A stretch of 47,452 nt of DNA. Origin: an uncultured Candidatus Saccharibacteria bacterium (lineage in GTDB: Bacteria > Patescibacteriota > WWE3 > 2-01-FULL-39-13). Shown one piece after another: positions 1 to 7,746 of this stretch. The stretch is taken from the NCBI GenBank assembly GCA_964370865.1, contig CAYJKF010000006.1, positions 1 through 47,452 on the forward strand, in the 5' to 3' direction. The notes beneath the pieces were generated by a model that ran no database searches, was not told the DNA's origin, and worked only from the letters and a program-made list of their open reading frames with translations. Position 1 is the first letter of the stretch; every line of letters begins with the position of its first letter. The position numbers and the translations under genes are program-made.

Positions 1-1
1 G

Positions 2-160
2 GAATCCTCTAAACTTCCAGCAAATGGAGAGAATGTTCCATCAGATATCTTGTTATCCTTTTATATTAAATTAGGAATATCGATACTTATCCTTCTACTA
101 ATTTGCTTCCTCAAAGGGGAGAAACCACGCTGGCAATGGGGATTTCCTAAAGAAAATTAG
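2..160 (+). CDS. 3' end of a CDS entering from upstream; hypothetical protein with a C-terminal hydrophobic helix (partial)
   Basis: Frame 2 is open from the window edge to TAG at 158-160. It translates to ...ILLSFYIKLGISILILLLICFLKGEKPRWQWGFPKEN. No recognisable family. Confidence 0.3.
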   Translation, partial: ESSKLPANGENVPSDILLSFYIKLGISILILLLICFLKGEKPRWQWGFPKEN

Positions 161-217
161 CATCAATATAAACTTCTTTCGTTTTACATATATAGATGAA
201 ATCTGATATAAATAAAT

Positions 218-1114
218 ATGCAGAAAATAGTAAATCATCTATGGTTTGATAAAGAAGCAGAAGAAGCTGCCAACTTTTATGCCTCATTATTTCCAAATTC
301 TTCGGTTAGCGATAAAGTATTCTATCCTGATGCAGGAAAAGAAGTTCATGGACATGATGCTGGAGATTTAATGAGTGTCAATTTTGAATTAGAAGGACAA
401 AAATTCTCAGCACTAAATGGCGGACCAGACTTTAAATTTACTCCGGCAATTTCTTTTTTTATTCGTTGTGCCACAGAATCAGAGGTCGACGAATTATATT
501 CGAAATTATCTACGGGAGGATCCGTATTAATGGAACTAGGAAAATATCCATTCAGTGATAAATACGCATGGGTAAATGATAAATTTGGATTGTCCTGGCA
601 AATATTTTTAGGACAAGCTGATCGACAAAAAATAACTCCAACTTTAATGTTTACTGGATTACAAAACGGAAAATGTGAAGAGGCTATGAATCTTTATACC
701 TCACTATTTCCAGATTCAAGAATTGGCGGAATTGCTAGGTATACAGCAGATCAAGCTCCAAATATCGAAGGAACTGTAATTCACGCTTCATACTTTTTAA
801 ATAACCAAGAATATATGGCAATGGATAGTAATCTAGAACATCGATTTAACTTTAATGAGTCAATCTCATTTATTGTTAATTGCAAAGATCAAGCTGAAAT
901 CGACAAATATTGGAATGCTTTATCGGCGGTTCCAGAATCTGAACAGTGTGGATGGTTAAAAGATAAATTTGGTGTTTCTTGGCAGATCGTCCCTGAAGAA
1001 CTTGGAGAAATTTTCACAAAGGCTGGCGAGAATGCCGATAAAGTAATGACTGCATTACTTCAAATGAAGAAACTAGATATTTCAGTACTTAGTAAAGCAG
1101 CAGAAATGGAATAA
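218..1114 (+). CDS. VOC-superfamily protein with two tandem PhnB / 3-demethylubiquinone-9 3-methyltransferase-like domains
   Basis: Two repeats of the same pattern. N-terminal half: HLWFDKEAEEAANFYASLFP...FSALNGGP...DKFGLSWQI. C-terminal half: TLMFTG...CEEAMNLYTSLFP...DKFGVSWQIVP. Confidence 0.75.
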   Translation: MQKIVNHLWFDKEAEEAANFYASLFPNSSVSDKVFYPDAGKEVHGHDAGDLMSVNFELEGQKFSALNGGPDFKFTPAISFFIRCATESEVDELYSKLSTGGSVLMELGKYPFSDKYAWVNDKFGLSWQIFLGQADRQKITPTLMFTGLQNGKCEEAMNLYTSLFPDSRIGGIARYTADQAPNIEGTVIHASYFLNNQEYMAMDSNLEHRFNFNESISFIVNCKDQAEIDKYWNALSAVPESEQCGWLKDKFGVSWQIVPEELGEIFTKAGENADKVMTALLQMKKLDISVLSKAAEME

Positions 1115-1116
1115 AT

Positions 1117-1554
1117 ATGAAAATGTTTAATGTAGGTTTGTTTTTATTAGTTTTAGGATTCGCAGGAGCTTATTACTTCTGGTACATGCCAAATAGAGCC
1201 GAACTTGATATGTTAAGTGGGCAAAATGGTGATGATGTCGAGATGATGGACGAAACTAGATTAACGGATGATGAAAATATGGGTAACGATAGTGGATCCG
1301 CTTGGTTAAACACTGAATACCAATGTGAAGGTGGCGTTATGAATGCAACTGCATTTAAAAATTGTTTGGTAACTAATGGTTGGGGTGAAATGAATGGAGA
1401 TACTCCACTGGCAGACATTTATGAAGGTTACGCAGAACTTGATGGATCAAGAGTATCTACTGAACCATTTGAAAATGGTTCTAAAGTATTTATATATGAC
1501 GGTTGGGCTGCTGACGAAGCTGGAAATTTATATACATTTGACGCAACATATTAA
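1117..1554 (+). CDS. hypothetical N-terminally membrane-anchored protein
   Basis: N-terminal hydrophobic helix (FNVGLFLLVLGFAGAYYFWY) followed by an acidic, Met-rich linker. Start lies 2 nt after the upstream stop. Confidence 0.6.
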   Translation: MKMFNVGLFLLVLGFAGAYYFWYMPNRAELDMLSGQNGDDVEMMDETRLTDDENMGNDSGSAWLNTEYQCEGGVMNATAFKNCLVTNGWGEMNGDTPLADIYEGYAELDGSRVSTEPFENGSKVFIYDGWAADEAGNLYTFDATY

Positions 1555-1573
1555 TATTTAATCTTATTTAACT

Positions 1574-2008
1574 ATGTCACAAGTAAGTACATACCTAAAT
1601 TTTCCAGGTAATACAGAAGAAGCATTCAATTTTTATAAGACAGTTTTTGGAACTGAATTTCAGGGAGAAATTTCTAGATTTTCGGACGTACCTCCACAAC
1701 CAGGGCAGCCAGAAATTTCTGAAGCTGATAAAAACTTAGTTATGCATATAGCTTTACCAATATTAGGTGGACATGTACTAATGGGTACTGATGCATGCGA
1801 ATCAATGGGTTTTACCTTAACAATGGGAAATAATATTTATATTTCACTACTTCCAGATTCAAGAGAAGAAACAAAGAAATTATTTGATGCCCTTGCTGTG
1901 GGCGGAACAGTAGAAATGCCATTACAAGATATGTTTTGGGGAGACTACTACGGATCATTAAAAGATAAATATGGTGTAGGATGGATGTTTAATTGTTCTG
2001 CAAAATAA
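1574..2008 (+). CDS. VOC / glyoxalase-family protein (PhnB-like)
   Basis: YLNFPGNTEEAFNFYKTVFG...HIALPILGGHVLMGTD...MFWGDYYGSLKDKYGVGWMFN is typical of PhnB-like VOC proteins. Confidence 0.75.
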   Translation: MSQVSTYLNFPGNTEEAFNFYKTVFGTEFQGEISRFSDVPPQPGQPEISEADKNLVMHIALPILGGHVLMGTDACESMGFTLTMGNNIYISLLPDSREETKKLFDALAVGGTVEMPLQDMFWGDYYGSLKDKYGVGWMFNCSAK

Positions 2009-2458
2009 ATGGAAAGACTAACTTTTAAAACTACAATTAATGCTCCAGTTGCTAAAGTTTGGAATACTATGTTGAATGATGAGACATATAGACAGTGGAC
2101 TTCGGCTTTTCACGAAGGTTCATATTATAAAGGTGATTGGAGTGCAGGATCTAAAATGCTTTTTTTAGGTCCTAATGATGATGGGTCAGAAGGAGGAATG
2201 GTCAGTATGGTCAAAGAAAATCGTTTGCATGAATATATTTCTTTGCAACACATTGGTTTGGTTGGAAATGGAATTGAAGATACTACTAGCGAAGAAGCTC
2301 GAAAATGGAGTCCAGCTTTTGAAAATTATACATTTGTAGAAAAAGACGGAGTGACTGAGTTAACTGTAGAACTGGACACACTACTAGAATACAAGGAAAT
2401 GTTTGAAAATATGTGGTTAAAAGCCCTCGAAAAATTAAAAGAAATAGCTGAAAGTTAA
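2009..2458 (+). CDS. SRPBCC-superfamily protein (AHSA1/START-like)
   Basis: The N-terminal pattern TINAPVAKVWNTMLNDETYRQWTSAF and the ~150 aa size are typical of AHSA1-type SRPBCC proteins. The start abuts the upstream stop. Confidence 0.7.
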   Translation: MERLTFKTTINAPVAKVWNTMLNDETYRQWTSAFHEGSYYKGDWSAGSKMLFLGPNDDGSEGGMVSMVKENRLHEYISLQHIGLVGNGIEDTTSEEARKWSPAFENYTFVEKDGVTELTVELDTLLEYKEMFENMWLKALEKLKEIAES

Positions 2459-2460
2459 GA

Positions 2461-2808
2461 TTATAAACCTACGGCAAATTCAGAATCTAACTCGAATTCG
2501 TCCGCTATATTTCCTTCTTGTTCAATTTCCTTTGCTACAAGTTCCATAGCTGCTTTTACACTTTCATAACCAAAATCTTGCAACGTTGGAACCTTCGCGG
2601 CAAATCTCGCTTCAAAATTTGGGTCAATTGGCTCCATCCCTCCAAAAGAAATATCCCCGTTTTCAACAATCCAGTTTCGGCGGATTAATATTCCTGCCTT
2701 ACGCATATTAGATTGTTCTTCTTCATATTCCTGCTGTGAAGGACATGTGAATAATTTACCTTGGGTTGGTTGAGGAAATAAATTTCCTTGGACTAATGAA
2801 GTTAACAT
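2461..2808 (-). CDS. hypothetical protein
   Basis: 115-aa ORF with no competing ORF. TATAAT (2817-2822, minus strand) lies 8 nt upstream of the ATG. Confidence 0.5.
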   Translation of the reverse strand: MLTSLVQGNLFPQPTQGKLFTCPSQQEYEEEQSNMRKAGILIRRNWIVENGDISFGGMEPIDPNFEARFAAKVPTLQDFGYESVKAAMELVAKEIEQEGNIADEFELDSEFAVGL

Positions 2809-2874
2809 ATATTTCCATTATACATACGCATTGTAGATTGCAATATCTAGTTGATAGGAGTTTAATAATAGCTG

Positions 2875-3987
2875 ATGTTAATTTTTATAACAGGACTTAT
2901 CTATCGTAATTTAATAAAGCCAATTTTATTTCTTTTTGATGCAGAGTTAGTACATAAAAGAATAACTAAGCTTGGAGAACGGATTGGGAAATCTGCTTTA
3001 TCAAAGCAATTGATTTCGAAATCCTTTGTAAAAGATAGCGATATTTTAAAACAAACCATAACTGGAATTGAATTTAAAAATCCAGTTGGGCTGGCGGCAG
3101 GATTTGATTATGAAGCTAAATTGACTCAAATCCTGCCGCACATAGGTTTTGGTTTCGGTACGATTGGCACAATAACCAATAATCCATATGGCGGAAATCC
3201 AAGTCCAATGTTAGGGCGCCTTCCGAAATCGCGAGCACTACTTGTAAATAAAGGGTTTAAAAATGACGGAGCAAAAAAAGTTGCTGAAAAACTAAAAGAA
3301 TTAGAATTCGATATTCCAATTGGTATTAGCATCGGACGAACTAATTCAAAAGATTTAAAAACTCAAATAGAAAGCGTGGCTGATATTATTCAAACATTTA
3401 AAACTTTCGAACAGTCATACCTAGAGAATTCTTATTACGAATTAAATATAAGTTGCCCAAATCTATCTGGAGATATTACTTTTTATCCGCCAGAAAATCT
3501 TGAAGAATTATTAGTCGAAGTAGATAAAATCGATGTTTCAAAACCAATTTTTGTGAAAATGCCGATTGAAAAAAGTAACACTGAAGTTTTAGAGATGCTA
3601 GAAGTAATAGCCAGTCATTCAATCGATGGAGTTATATTTGGAAATCTTCAAAAAGATAGAAAAAATCCATGTCTAGATCAAGAAGAAGTTGCAAAGTCTG
3701 GAAAAGGCAATTTTAGCGGAAAACCGACTTACGATAGGTCCAATGAGTTAATTGCATTGGCTTATAAAAACTATAAAGACAAATTAATAATAATTGGTTG
3801 TGGTGGTATTTTTAATGCCGAAGATGCGTACGTCAAAATAAAAAGTGGTGCCTCTTTGGTTCAGTTGATTACCGGAATGATATACCAAGGGCCGCAATTA
3901 ATCGCAGAGATAAATGAAGATTTGATTAAATTACTAGACCGTGATGGTTATAAGAATATTTCGGAAGCGGTTGGGGCAAATATCTAG
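2875..3987 (+). CDS. pyrD: dihydroorotate dehydrogenase, class 2 (quinone-type) like
   Basis: NPVGLAAGFDYEAK, GFGFGTIGTITNNPYGGNPSPMLGRLP, LVNKGFKNDG, NISCPN and IIIGCGGI motifs, plus an N-terminal hydrophobic extension. Confidence 0.9.
   Translation: MLIFITGLIYRNLIKPILFLFDAELVHKRITKLGERIGKSALSKQLISKSFVKDSDILKQTITGIEFKNPVGLAAGFDYEAKLTQILPHIGFGFGTIGTITNNPYGGNPSPMLGRLPKSRALLVNKGFKNDGAKKVAEKLKELEFDIPIGISIGRTNSKDLKTQIESVADIIQTFKTFEQSYLENSYYELNISCPNLSGDITFYPPENLEELLVEVDKIDVSKPIFVKMPIEKSNTEVLEMLEVIASHSIDGVIFGNLQKDRKNPCLDQEEVAKSGKGNFSGKPTYDRSNELIALAYKNYKDKLIIIGCGGIFNAEDAYVKIKSGASLVQLITGMIYQGPQLIAEINEDLIKLLDRDGYKNISEAVGANI
3094..3139. repeat. perfect 14-bp inverted repeat (GCGGCAGGATTTGA / TCAAATCCTGCCGC) with an 18-nt spacer, inside pyrD
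   Basis: Arms at 3094-3107 and 3126-3139 are exact reverse complements, read directly from the sequence. Confidence 0.9.
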
Positions 3988-4448
3988 AGATCACCTGGAC
4001 AAACGAATTCGCAATTTGGTCCTGATCTTCCCACGTAGGATCCATCTGGACACTCTAAGGCATCCATTGTACACATAGTTCCATCTTTTTCTTGATTGCG
4101 AGGTTCTGTGCCTTCAACTGGAACTAACCACACCCCGTCGTCTGGTTGATTATTAGAATTATCCAATCCCTGATCTTGGGTAGGTGATGGAACATTTGGA
4201 TTCAAACCATCTGGGTTCAATCCATCTTTTGTTGATGAAGCAAGTATTGCGAAAACTACAAACATTCCAAATAAAAGAATAGGAATTAGTCCTAGAAGAG
4301 TAATCGTCCACTTAACCCAGCTCTGCCATTTAGTCCACATCCACATTAAAACAACACCAATTGGATAAAAAACACAAAGGGTGATTAAAGTTATTATTGT
4401 TTTTGTGTCTTCAGATAGAGGAGTAGCTTGTGGGTTATTATTTTCCAT
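3984..4448 (-). CDS. membrane protein with an extracytoplasmic C-terminal 4-Cys module
   Basis: Two hydrophobic helices, a Pro/Asn/Asp-rich linker, and the C-terminal CTMDALECPDGSYVGRSGPNCEFVCP. Overlaps the pyrD stop by 4 nt. Confidence 0.6.
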   Translation of the reverse strand: MENNNPQATPLSEDTKTIITLITLCVFYPIGVVLMWMWTKWQSWVKWTITLLGLIPILLFGMFVVFAILASSTKDGLNPDGLNPNVPSPTQDQGLDNSNNQPDDGVWLVPVEGTEPRNQEKDGTMCTMDALECPDGSYVGRSGPNCEFVCPGDL

Positions 4449-4507
4449 ATATTTAGCATATCACTAACCATAGCGACACGCATCTATTTAGCGTATAATT
4501 CACCCTT

Positions 4508-6319
4508 ATGGATATTAGAAACGTTGCTATAATTGCCCATGTTGATCATGGTAAAACAACCTTGGTTGACGGCCTTTTAAAGCAATCCAACACTTTTAGA
4601 TCAAACGAAGCTTATATGAACCAAGAGCTAATTCTTGACAGTAATGATCAAGAAAGAGAAAGAGGAATCACGATTTTGGCTAAAAATATCGCCGTTCACT
4701 ATAAAGATGTAAAAATAAATATTATTGATACACCTGGTCACTCTGACTTTAGTGGTGAGGTAGAGCGTACTCTAAATATGGCTTATGGAGCTATTTTGCT
4801 GGTTGATGCTCAAGAAGGCCCAATGCCTCAAACTAAATTCGTACTTAAAAAAGCCTTGGATATGAAATTAAAAGTTATTGTTTTGATTAATAAAATCGAT
4901 AAAAAAGACGCACATATCGAGAAAACAATTAGCAAAGTTGAAAATCTTTTCTTAGAACTAGCACACGACGATAACCAATTACATTTTCCAGTTCTTTACG
5001 CGATTGGTAGAGAGGGTAAGGCATGGGATAAACTTCCAGAGGACATGTCTGCTCCAGCTACACTAGAGCCTATTTTTGAAGCAATATTGAAATATATTCC
5101 AGAGGTTGAAAAAGATGATAGTGGAAAATTCCAAATGCAAGTTTCTTCACTTGATTGGGATAGTTATAAAGGTAAATATATAATTGGGAAAATCATTAGA
5201 GGAATTGTTAAAACTGGCGATGAAGTAGCTTTACTTAAACCAACTGGCCAAATAATAAAAAGCAGAGTTGAGAAAATCTTTGTAAGTGCTGGATTAAAGA
5301 GAGAAGAAGTCTCAGAAGGAACATCTGGAGATATCATCGCAATAACAGGGATTACGGAAGCCGATATTGGTGATACCATAACAGATCCAAGTCATCCTGA
5401 ACCATTAGGATCAATTGCAATTGGAGAACCAACATTAGATATATCTATTGGACCAAATACATCCCCATTCATGGGACAAGAAGGAAAACTCTTAACTGGT
5501 CGCGAAATTCTAAAACGTATAGAAAAGGAATTACAAACAAATGTCGCAATGAAATTTAAGATCAGTGAAGGAGGACAATATATTTTATCCGGTCGTGGCG
5601 AATTACATTTGTGTGTATTCCTAGAAACTCTAAGCCGTGAAGGATTTGAAATAGAAATTGGTAAACCTAAAGTTATTACAAAGCTTGTAGATGGAAAAAT
5701 TTTAGAACCTATTGAAGAATATCAAGTTGATGTACCTGTAGATTATGTTGAAGCAGTCAAAAGCGAATTTGCAAAAAGAATGGGAGTCTTAGTCACACAA
5801 GAAGCTGGTATGGGCGACCATATTAGATTAATTTTTGAAGTACCAACAAAAGAAGTATTGGGGCTTCGAAGTGTGCTATTAACTTTATCTAAAGGAACTG
5901 CCGTAGCCAATTCGTCATTACTTAGATATGATGTTCCATTTGGAGAATCCAGAAAAATAAGAAAAGGAGTTCTTTTAGCATCCGAAGCAGGAAAAGTCTC
6001 AGCATATGGAATTAATGCAGCTCAAGAAAGAGGGCCTATGATTGTAGTACCTGGCGATGCAGTCTATGCAGGAATGGTAGTTGGAATGAATGTTCGCGAC
6101 AATGATTTAGAAGTTAACGTTTGTAGAACAAAGCATTTAACAAACATGAGATCAAAGGGTGAGGATGGAATTATCCTAAACGCACCAGTAAAAATGAGTT
6201 TAGAGCAATACTTTGGCTTTATTGAAGATGACGAGCTTTTAGAAATAACACCAAAGAATATTAGAGTTAGAAAGAAAATCTTAGATCCTGTAAAAAGATC
6301 TAGGGCTGCAAGGAGTTAG
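4508..6319 (+). CDS. typA: translational GTPase TypA/BipA
   Basis: NVAIIAHVDHGKTTLVD (G1), DTPGHSDF (G3), NKIDK (G4), ~600 aa with EF-G-like domain order. Confidence 0.95.
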   Translation: MDIRNVAIIAHVDHGKTTLVDGLLKQSNTFRSNEAYMNQELILDSNDQERERGITILAKNIAVHYKDVKINIIDTPGHSDFSGEVERTLNMAYGAILLVDAQEGPMPQTKFVLKKALDMKLKVIVLINKIDKKDAHIEKTISKVENLFLELAHDDNQLHFPVLYAIGREGKAWDKLPEDMSAPATLEPIFEAILKYIPEVEKDDSGKFQMQVSSLDWDSYKGKYIIGKIIRGIVKTGDEVALLKPTGQIIKSRVEKIFVSAGLKREEVSEGTSGDIIAITGITEADIGDTITDPSHPEPLGSIAIGEPTLDISIGPNTSPFMGQEGKLLTGREILKRIEKELQTNVAMKFKISEGGQYILSGRGELHLCVFLETLSREGFEIEIGKPKVITKLVDGKILEPIEEYQVDVPVDYVEAVKSEFAKRMGVLVTQEAGMGDHIRLIFEVPTKEVLGLRSVLLTLSKGTAVANSSLLRYDVPFGESRKIRKGVLLASEAGKVSAYGINAAQERGPMIVVPGDAVYAGMVVGMNVRDNDLEVNVCRTKHLTNMRSKGEDGIILNAPVKMSLEQYFGFIEDDELLEITPKNIRVRKKILDPVKRSRAARS

Positions 6320-6325
6320 CAAGAA

Positions 6326-7006
6326 TTATTCTTGATTAAATACTTTCTGGCTTTTGGATAATAAAAGTAATCGATAATATTCTTTTTCCATGGCAAGGAA
6401 ATAGGCCATTTTCATAAGCCCATTATGCTCAGGAGCAAAATCCATATCTACTAATATTAAATTTTCCCCATCTGTTAATAAATTTGATGATGTTCCAACA
6501 GTTTTCCAAAATTTTCTAGCATATGTTCCTAGATTCTTCTCTGTTTTGGAAGTGCATGATCCTATTAAATCAAAAAACCTTCCTGTTCTTGAATAGTTTT
6601 CCCTTGAGGCTTTTACTAATTGAAATAAAGGGTCGGTTAAATTTTCTGGAAGTTTTTCTTGTTCATACTTTAGTGTTTTACCGGAAATACGCTCTTGTAT
6701 AATAATTGGCACAGGCTTTCCATCTTCACCCTCCGCTATCATAAAGTGTTCTTCAGGTGTTTGTATTGGTATTCCATCAGTTGAACTTATGATTTGCTGC
6801 CCGTTCGATTTTCTTTCAATACAATAGTCGAATGCCCATAGAGATCGGTCATCGTAGGATTGACTAGCAAGTTTTTCGTCGATACGTGGTATTTTTATAA
6901 CCTGGTCATCAATAGAAAACACTGTTCTAGTTGAACTTTCGGCAAGATATTCAGGGTTAATTGAATTGATTGAGTTCGGAATATTCATTAATAAATTTCG
7001 ATTCAA
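6326..7006 (-). CDS. hypothetical protein, possibly an atypical protein-kinase-like fold
   Basis: Weak kinase-like landmarks in the expected order: VIKIPR (Lys), IIQERISGKTL (hinge-like), NLLTDGENLILVDMDF (catalytic N / DxD-like). By eye only. Confidence 0.5.
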   Translation of the reverse strand: MNRNLLMNIPNSINSINPEYLAESSTRTVFSIDDQVIKIPRIDEKLASQSYDDRSLWAFDYCIERKSNGQQIISSTDGIPIQTPEEHFMIAEGEDGKPVPIIIQERISGKTLKYEQEKLPENLTDPLFQLVKASRENYSRTGRFFDLIGSCTSKTEKNLGTYARKFWKTVGTSSNLLTDGENLILVDMDFAPEHNGLMKMAYFLAMEKEYYRLLLLSKSQKVFNQE

Positions 7007-7016
7007 CTAGAGCTTC

Positions 7017-7733
7017 TTATCTGCTGACGTTGCCGTAATTGTAAAGTGTTGCTACTACGTCAGTAGGTAATTTACAGGGAGTATCTATATCTCCTAATAA
7101 GTCATCTGAATAATGATACATTCCAGCTTTTGTTGTTACGCCTTGCATCATTACAACTTCATCATCTACAAAAGAAAATGAAACACCAGTAAAATCACTA
7201 ACTACTATGCCTTCTTCCGTTTTTGTGATTTCCTTTATTCCTACAGTTAATCTGAAGTCAGTATCAAACCCTTCTGATCTACGATCCCCATGAAATATTT
7301 GCGCTGGGTTAATTCCCCTTATTGATTTGGCGATTTTGGCTTCCTCTTCGATTTCAATATCGGTAGACTGTACCGAAAATAAGACTTGGTTTGTTACAAC
7401 GTTAGGTATCAAGTTTCCTCCCAATAGAGTTGTTACTTTTCTCTTTCCATTAGTGGGATTAACAGTATTTCTATCATCAAGAATACGTAAATCTGTCACG
7501 ACCCCTGATGTAATAAGTTGATTGAGAATCCTAAGTTTTTCCGCAATAGAATCGAATGATTTGGTTTCTCGAGCTGACAATCTAACCAATTCTTCTTCAT
7601 GAGACTCTTCTAATTTCCTTCTATACAATCCAGTAGCCGCATTAAGTAATCCCTTGAAATCTTCATTGCCAAGTACTTCCAATGCCATAGTTGACCGTTC
7701 ATAACGTGTTTGTTCACCTTTATTTCTCTCCAT
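7017..7733 (-). CDS. hypothetical protein
   Basis: I start at the internal ATG (7733, MERNKGEQ...). The track start at 7826 would overlap the divergent DUF2207 gene by about 80 nt. Confidence 0.5.
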   Translation of the reverse strand: MERNKGEQTRYERSTMALEVLGNEDFKGLLNAATGLYRRKLEESHEEELVRLSARETKSFDSIAEKLRILNQLITSGVVTDLRILDDRNTVNPTNGKRKVTTLLGGNLIPNVVTNQVLFSVQSTDIEIEEEAKIAKSIRGINPAQIFHGDRRSEGFDTDFRLTVGIKEITKTEEGIVVSDFTGVSFSFVDDEVVMMQGVTTKAGMYHYSDDLLGDIDTPCKLPTDVVATLYNYGNVSR

Positions 7734-7746
7734 ACTATAATAATAC

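Noticed and set aside
6320-6334. The palindrome CAAGAAT-t-ATTCTTG at the typA/6326 convergent junction, and the AT-rich 9-bp IR TCTCATTTA/TAAATGAGA at 28198-28224, as intrinsic terminators
   Set aside because: The stems are short or AT-rich, the loop of the first is too small, and neither is followed by a U-tract. AT-rich IRs of this length are expected by chance in this composition.
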